Part shown: piece by piece, positions 29,601 to 38,600 of the stretch
How positions within the stretch are numbered: the first letter of the stretch is position 1
Layout of the letters: every line of letters starts with the position of its first letter
Assembly (NCBI GenBank): GCA_002633005.1
Contig: NMRA01000020.1
Coordinates: forward strand, 608,673-672,672
Length of the DNA: 64,000 nt
From: Phoronis australis
Lineage: Eukaryota > Animalia > Phoronida
Direction: 5' to 3'
The notes under the pieces: model-generated
Databases searched by the model: none
What the model was told of the DNA's origin: nothing
What the model saw: only the letters and a program-made list of their open reading frames with translations
Made by a program: the position numbers and the translations under genes

Positions 29601-32600
29601 NNNNNNNNNNNNNNNNNNNNNNNNNNNNNNNNNNNNNNNNNNNNNNNNNNNNNNNNNNNNNGGTGCAATTGTGGGCGCATTTCAACGCTCTGCATTGCTC
29701 TTGTTACGTTTAAGTTTATTTATTCTTTCCTTTGATTTGGACGTCTATTGTTTCTCTCCTGTTGTTCTATTGTCTGTCATCTCTGGATGTCTCCAAACCA
29801 GATCTGGATGTGTGGTGGCCAGGTGCTTATTGTCACGTGCTCCCATGTAGGACACGTGTTCCGCAAGGCGACGCCGTACACTTTCCCCGGCGGCACAGGG
29901 CGCATCATCAACCACAACAATGCCAGGCTATCGGAAGTCTGGCTGGATCAGTGGAAACATTTCTATTACAAAATCAATCCAGGTTAGATAATGCGATAAA
30001 GCATCGCATGCGAATGGTCATGTTTTAGACTTGCCTGCATGGCTATACTTGACTTGTATCTTCAACCGCCTGACTGTTCTCTGACCTCAGGTAGTGCGGT
30101 GTTCACCTAAGACTTGGGGTTGAGGTTACAATGTTATTTGCCGTTGCATGGTAGTTGTGTCTCCGAGGGCAGTACCTATTGTGGTGTTCATTTCCAGGAG
30201 TTAAATGTAATCAAAATAAACAGTTCGTATTTCATATTCATTTGAAGTAAGACTTCACGTGAAGTATTTTGCAAAGCGTACAGTGTCATTTGGATTTCAT
30301 TACTTCCTCGATGCACCACACGTAATGTCCTCAGGAAACATAGTGCATTATTTTGCCTCATTGTGCGGCTGTTCTAAACACGCATTTCTCTCCATCATTC
30401 ATTCATTTCTGCACACAACAGGTGTGGATGTGCGGGGGCTCTGTCTTGATCGCCACGTGCTCCCGCGTCGGACACGTCTTCCGAAAGGTCAGCCCATACT
30501 CGTGGCCAGGTGGCGTTAGTCGCATCCTCAACCACAACACCCAACGCACGGCCGAGGTCTGGATGGACAAATACAAGAACTTCTATTACAAAATCAGCCC
30601 AGGTTCGACCTTTCACTCTTGACCTCTGCCTCTGAGGTCAGACCTTTGACTCAAAGTGTCCTCTCTGGTTAAAGTTGCTGTGTCATTTCAGTGGGCAACA
30701 CCACATTCACTTGCTGTTGCTTAATAAGAAAAACCTTCTTTTTAAACGTATCAAAATAACCTGTTAATAAAAAACTTCATGAGATTCGATTGTGAGTTGT
30801 TTCACTAGCCTCACCCAGTGTATATAATGACTGACTATCTCACTGATGCAGTGGGTCTGATCATGTCGATTAATACTGACTGCATGTATAACATCACCAT
30901 GACTGTAATTAATGGAAGTCATGCCATCTATTTCTTAAATGCCTGAGGAACCTTCTATTAATATGATGATCATAATGACCATTAGTTAAGAAATGTCCAC
31001 TGGATGACATGACAACTTCATGCTTGAATGTGTTTTGCTGTCGCCGTCTGCTTTCAGCTACTAACTTTCATCGTTTCTTCTAATGTTTGCGTTTGTTCTG
31101 TTTTCTAGGTCTGTGCGGCTTATTAACATTTATTAACCAATTGTTGTTGTGTCTGTCTATGAGTTGGCTGCTCACCAATTTGTCAGCATGCATCATATAG
31201 TTAGCTGATCACATGCTACTTGGCATGCTTGTGCTTCAGCTTGAGTTCAAGGGTTACTCGTGCAGCTGATCTCTGTGTGTTTGCATAATATGTGTGTGCA
31301 TGTGTGTGGTAGAATGTGTGTCTGGTTGTTGAAAATTGTTTCACTGTCTTAACACTGTCACTGAACAGCACCAGCCGTGCGCAGTAGAGGGGAATGAGAA
31401 CGCAGTGTTAGATTTCTTTTGGCTGTGTTTAATTGTTAGTCACCACAGTCATGTTCTGCCTTTATTTTGCATCGTTTTATCCAAAATCTTGTTAACTTTG
31501 AAATCATTCTTTACATAGTTTTCTTAATATGAAGTCTTAATATTAAGTGCCTTTCCTTTAAGAGCCAATCAACACCCGTCCATCAATCGATGACATTTCC
31601 ATGGAAACAAAGCCACCACTGTCTAGACTTTACATTGTTCATCTTTGCCTGTACCATTAATTGAGTTAAGATGGTTGCATTCTGTAACCAATCAAATTAA
31701 TTGCATTTTGTTTGGTGCATTGTCAGTTGACTTTCAAGGTTATTACTTGTTAACCCTTTGAAGCAAACGTTGCTGTAATCCAAATACAACAAACAGCATC
31801 ATGTCTATGAAAGCTTAATATGCTATTTTGCACCACTGGTACATAATGGATATCAGTGTCATGAGAGACAAGCTTCGTGCTTGCCTGTGTTAACCATCCA
31901 CTGTTTTTGTGCTAAAATCTTGTTTAGTTTTTCTCCTTTTGTTTTGACTTTTAATTTGCTTGCATTGATGGTTAGTAAACACTGGAGAACTAGACTAAGT
32001 ATCGATTATTTGTGGTCCTCAGTGAAATACTATGGTCACTTGGGATCTATTAGTGTTTTCACTGTTACGGCTGGTGGGGTTTTTGTTATCCAGTTGAGTT
32101 TCAGATTCGCACTGTTTGTTGTGTGTGTAATGTAGTTTGCGTTCACTTGTTTGGTGTTGTTTACTGGCTGTTCTGAGTATTTGTTTTTAGTCTGGACTGC
32201 TGTGGCTGTGATGGTAGTTAGATGTTAATCTTTTTGAATTGTGATTGTCGCTTAAATAACTGGTCTCAAAATTCTGCAGGCCAGGATACTAAGTGATTTC
32301 TAAAATTAAAAAGAAATGGAAGGTCACTAATGATTGATAGAATGCAGTACAGTTATGGGGGGGGGGTCTGCCCTGTCAAAATGCCCTGGGTTGTTGTTGA
32401 TAATCTCTGAATGATGTGTTTTGGGATTGACATATAACTATGGCTGAAGTCTAGTGTCGTGTTATATCATGGTACGGAAAGTTTAAGGTGCGTTTTGTGT
32501 GGTTAACAAATCAGGTGTTTGTTTTAGACAGTGACTTCGAGGATAGGTCCCTGTAACGCCTGCTAATGCTGAGTGATTGGTGTTTATAAACTCTCGTGGA

Positions 32601-35600
32601 GGCTATTTTATTTTTGTTTAAAACGAATCACCTACAGTGTAATAAGGGTGTTTTCACTTAGTCAAAATGTCACCAGTCCCACATAATCAGTCTCCATTGC
32701 TTCTTGAGAGTCTCTCATTGGCTGACCAGTGAGGTGTGTTTTCTGGAAAGCTCAATTTAAGTTAAATCGGACTTTCGGGTGCGTGTCCTAACTATTCTGT
32801 TTGTAATCACATAAGGCTGTGTTTCGATTCTGTTTCATATATTATTTTTCAAAACTGATATCAAGATTTTCAGGGTTTTCCCTCTCCTTTGTGGCACTAG
32901 GACATGTAAGTCGACCAAATTGGGATAGCAGAGGCACATTTCATGTCAGATCTTGCATTCAATTTTTAAAATGAGCCAAACATAATCTTATATAACCTCA
33001 CCCCAGATGTGTTCTTACATGGCCTTGCACCATACATGGTCTTACAATTCCACTGGGTTTGATGAGCTATCTTCCCTCAGATCACCGTTTTGTATTTTTT
33101 AAATCTAAAAGCTGAAATGACAATCCTAAGTACGTTGATGATTTCGCATTTTATAAAATTTCTCAAAATAACTTTTGCTGCATTACATTGAATGGTTTTG
33201 TGAAATATAATCCAGAACAGGGTCGCATTGATTTTAGTAGTCTGTTAGAAAGTTTCGACTATCCTAGCGCTTAGTATGATTTATCCCGTGTTATCGCCAG
33301 GCGTACGGCAGACAGATTATGGGGATGTGTCCGAGCGCAAAGCTCTGAGAGAAAAGCTCAAATGCAAGAGTTTCCATTGGTACTTGGAGAACATCTACCC
33401 CGAGTCACAGATGCCTCTGGATTACTACTCTTTGGGAACAGTGAGTGAAATTATCGTCTGCGATGAATTAGTCATGCTCTAGTCCTGAATTAAATGGTGT
33501 TCATGAAACTGCGCGTAAGTGGAGTTGACATTACTATCTACAGACTGTCTGCATTGAAGCTTGGATGCCTTTTTGAAGTTCTCTGAGGAATGTGTGTGTG
33601 TGTGCGTGCATGCGTGTGTTTGTGTGTGTGTGCGTGCATGCGTGTGTGAACCAGACATGAAGTCAGTTTTATGAAGAGTGACCAAAGTCTTTAGACAGAA
33701 CTTTGGTCTTATACTCCCTATTCACAATTGCTGAATAAGGATAATTATGAGAGCATCACGGTTTACAAATAATACATTCAGCAACTAGCAGTTTTCAATT
33801 GTGTAACTACATTCTTGGAGATTTTGCGTTTTTTTTGCGCAAATGACGTTTAATAGTTTTTCAGAAATAGTTCTGCGTAGCACAAAATCAAATTTCGGAC
33901 TTAAGTCTCATCTAATTCTTCATGAGACAGACCCCTGTTATAGTTTGGACTCTGTAGTTAAATTTGTATTACACGTTTCCATAACGTTTTTGCCTTGAGA
34001 ATGACCTGAGTTGTGTCTTTAACGCACATGTGAGATTCCTCTGATTGACCATAGGAAACCCATTTTCAATTGGCTCATGCTTTCATATAAACTGACAAAA
34101 TGTGCTTGTTCGTAAGGGGTTTGTTGATGTTATGTTCAGCAGCTGTGTTGACTCAAAATCACTTGTCATGTAGAACTATTTACAGTCCTCTGTTACACAG
34201 TGAGCATATGTTTGAAGCAGATGGATCTTGTGGGACCCTGATCACATGTAGAAAATTTAAAATTTGAAATCTTGCAACTTGTTGACAGTTCAGTATCACT
34301 GCATCATTGCTAGTCCATTGAGTATGTATTCAGCTGCTGATGTAGCATTTTAGCTTTGTTGGTGTATACCGTAACCCCTGTGTGATGACTTTCAGATAAA
34401 GAACAAACAAACTGGAAAGTGCCTTGACAGTATGGGTCGAAAGAGTGGGGAGAAACTGGGAATGGTCAACTGCCACGGAATGGGGGGGAACCAGGTATTG
34501 GGATTGTCAGTCGTGTCTGCAGACAAACTTGGAAATTATTATAATCAGTATTCAGACTGTCCGATTGTCAGGCTCACTTGGCAGATAGATTTTAGAGAAC
34601 AATTAAATTTCGAAAATTGCCAAATGTGAAATTTACATGGAATTTACTATGACAATATAGAATGGAAAGGATTTTGTATAAAGGTCCTGTGTGATTAACT
34701 TTGTTAAGTCTTCGCCTATTTAGTGCTTGCTGTGACTGACTAGTCTGATTTTAGTTTGATAAATTTCTCCACAAAAATGTAATGGTTTGAAATGCACAGC
34801 TCTCATTATACAGAACCCAGTGAAAGTTTGCTCGTTGCAAGGTTATCGGCCATTGAAATGATATTTTAACAATTGCCTTGTGTGAAATAGGCGACGAATT
34901 GCCATTAAAGTTTTTAGTGATTATTTGAAGATAAAGAAGGCAATAATGTTTAATCCCATGTCATCCCCTGTCTCATTTACTCTTGAATGTATTGAGACCA
35001 TAGTTTTGTGTGTTTTACTGTCTATTAACTTAAGTGTAAATAATGCATTTCAAGCCACGGCTAGTTGACTTGCTTGATCAGTGCTGAGAGCTGTGCTAGA
35101 ATTGCTGTCATGTTGAGTCGTTCATTGTTTTTTGTACGTTTTTCTCCTGCTGCCAGATTTTCTCGTACTCAAAGAAGAAGGCATTTCAGACAGATGACGT
35201 CTGCATTGATGTGTCGGCCGTCAACGGTCCCGTCAATCTGTTTCAGTGTCACGGGCTGGGGGGAAACCAGCATTGGGAATACAACCGGCAGGTTTGTCAT
35301 GACGCATCACCTTGCATGGTTGATGTCGACGTGTGAAGGATGTAGGGAATCATGGACAGTCTTGATGGCAGGAGGGCTGTTTCACACATTATCTGACTGT
35401 CCTTGTGTGATTTTGAAAATTGTCTTGGAGTTTTGCTTTCCCAGCATGACTTCTGAGATCTTAAAAATGGTCTGTTGTATGAACCATTGAATTTTGTTTA
35501 AAGTTGCCAAATCCTTACTTTTTTAACCAATTTTGATTTTACGAATTGTCACAATTTTTGTTCTGTAAACATGCCTGTTACCAACAGCTAATAAATATCC

Positions 35601-38600
35601 ATTGTATTAGTGCCACATGGACTATATTTCTCAGAATGCAAGGAACACAAACAGATACAGTATGAAACTGGGCCCCTGAACTGTTTATCATTGCACACAA
35701 TATGCAAATATTCTCCCAGGTGTTTGTGTTTGTGTGTAACGGTTTTGAGACTCCACCCTTCCCTCATCTCTCCTGTCCATGATTCGTCGCCATCGTTCAC
35801 GCCCGGCCCCGTCATCTGTATCACTAACACGGCTCGTCGTTTCACCTTCGTATTTTTGCTCTTCAGATTTTTTCTTATGTGGCCACCAAACAAATACAGG
35901 CCGACGACCTGTGCATAGGTGCACAGTACTACACCGCCATACTAATGTCTTGTCACACGGTGTCCGGCGGACAATGGCTTTATGATCGACAGGTAGTGTT
36001 GACGCATCTCCTGGGAAGGGTTTGGGTATCTGGTCTGGAAAACGTTTTAATGTCTGCCAGTTGCGCTGTTCACGCTTTTTCAATTTTTATGAATTTCGTG
36101 TTGAGTTTTGTTCGAAAGCTTTGAATTTTTTTCTCTGTTGAAGAACAATGATACAGTTATTGGGAGCATGTTAATAAAGCATTTTGTTATTATTTAATAA
36201 ACGATGGTCTACTGTGGCAGTCAAATAAGTAGATGTTTTAATTTTTTGATACTTTAAAAAGGAATGACTTTATCCTAATGATATTTATTGCATAATTCTC
36301 CGTAGCACCGGAAAATTCAGGGATTTCATTTATGGCGCTGCTTCTGTATTTCAAATGCATTGTGTGAGGGTTGTCAGTTTGTACTTACTAGGTGATATCA
36401 CAGATTACTTGTTGATGTGTACACAATGTGAAGGAAAACTTGCGCACACGAGAATTATAAGCAAACTCCACTACAACATGTCTTTGGGTGCAAGTGTAAC
36501 AAAATAGCCATCATAGAAGAAATAAACAGTGAAAGTGAGCCTCTAAAGGCATCAATATTTGATTAGCAATTTTTGGCGGAAGATTTTCGAGTCATGCCCC
36601 ATCCAGTCGTTTGGTGTCGGATCTCACCACCTGAAATGCAAATCATGAAACAAGTTATACACCCACAAGTTATCTATGTTGTCACTAGATGTTTATGAAC
36701 TGACAAGTGTCCCACAATGCATTTGGGTAACAACAGCACCGCCACAGGTGAGATTGCCTGAATTGAGTTGTTTGACCAGGTCTCAAATTGTTGTTTGCTT
36801 CTTATTTGTCAAATAGTCGGTGTGGAGTGCTTGGTGCCCTGCTTCTTTAGTTTCTTCTGAATCGTCAAAACATGATTCATGTTAGCCGAAATCCATTTTT
36901 TATCAAGTAATACGGTTGATGAAAGGTTTGTTCAGGTCATGTAGGACTGTGGCTGATCTAAATGAAACTTTTAGACACTTCCCTTATGCGCTACTCTCCT
37001 AAATGCTGTTAGGGATTGGTGTTGAAATTGTCCACCTTTGCATGAGGGCTTTCAAAAACAAGAATGTCTAATAAAATTTGATCATGCTATTAATACTTTC
37101 AAAGTATCATGTTTTTGCTAAAAACTTGGTCATGTGACCTAATGAATGACAGATTTGTAAAAAGTCAAAAATCAAATTCTACAGGCTTACTATGTTGGAA
37201 AGATAAACTTAGAATCTATAGGTTTGTAGATATTTGGCTAAGTATACTAAATATAAAAATAATAATTGCAGGTGGTCTGGTATACGTTGTACCAGACACC
37301 TCAGGTTGGCCCATTGCACTGATCACCTGGAACCATTTTTATGCTTTGTTAATATATAATAGTTAAAATGGAGCCGAGGAGTTAGAGACCTGACTCGAGG
37401 GTCTAGCAGTGTACCCCAGTGAGTCTTGCACCCACGACTTTCAGTTAAAGAAGTAGGCACTTATCCTATAAAGCCACTCTGCCTCTTGTCCTACAAAACC
37501 TTATATCAACCGCAAAATCTTATCACCAGGGGTGGATCCAGGATTTTTAGTTAGGGGGGGCATGGCAGAGTATTAGTCAGGATTTTGCCTGTCAGACATT
37601 CGCACCCCCCATCTGACAAATGTAAACTGGGAGAATTTTAGGGGGGCCATGGCCCCCCTCTAAATCCGCCACTGATCACATCAACCTGATCCTGTTCTTA
37701 ACTTGAGATTGTTGTTTTAGCTGGTGGAATAGATGATGGACCGTTTTGTAGTGTGGGGTACTTGAATGTTTTTGTGGCTAGGATTCCCGTTTCCCTGTCG
37801 CTCTCCTGTGTGTTGGGATGAGCTTGTCTATGTATGCTCAATCCACCTCTATAGAAAATTACGTGGTGGGAAGTTTCTTAGTAGTTTTTTTAGCTAATGC
37901 AATGTAGTTGAAGGCTGCAGTCATCCAGCACAGTTGACTCCTGCAGCTTTGCTTGTTAAAGTTTACTAATTGTTTATTGTGGTCAGTTGTTGGACAGGAG
38001 CTTGTTTGGGATGCTGAGTCCTGCTGTCAGACCAATTATAAAATGAGGGACTAAGTGTTGAAAGTTTTTAAATTTAATTTTGTACTTTTTGGTTCAATAA
38101 TTTGATTTTTTATTTTATTTGGTACATTTTATACTTTTCTAATTAATTGGAGTTTTTGTTGTAATTATTATGTTAATTTTCAGCTTGTTGTTATTCTGAT
38201 CATGATGCCATTTTCCAATCCACCGGTGACTTAAATCATGGACACATCTTGAAAATTAGCCTATTGTCTCTGCATGATTCCCTGTGCATGGAAAGAAATG
38301 TCCCATTCCTACAGATTAGTGACTATTGCTTGACCTTTTCTTGCCCATTTGGAACACGTAATACAGTAACTGTGAATGACCACTATTTCTAGACGTTTCT
38401 GTGTAGGGTTAGTTTACCAGTGAATAGATCCAGATTATTTAGCTTAAGGCTGCATTCCGTCTTGGTTTAGCTGTCGATGTTGAATTCTTAACCAAAGCAC
38501 TTTGTGGTTTTAAAACATTGCCGTGCTCATCTGAGTTATTGACCAATAAATCTCTGAAGCATTTTTTGAGGCACTGATGGTTTCGATGTTCTTGTTGGTA

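Noticed and set aside
28699-29661. A third catalytic exon copy hidden in the N gap
   Set aside because: The gap lies between the two ends of a HINE-like repeat, so it most likely holds that element's internal tandem units; it cannot be fully excluded until the gap is closed.
38180-38395. Third lectin beta exon copy (LHDSLCME resembles DDLCLD)
   Set aside because: No phase-0 acceptor/donor pair and no CH...QW motif.
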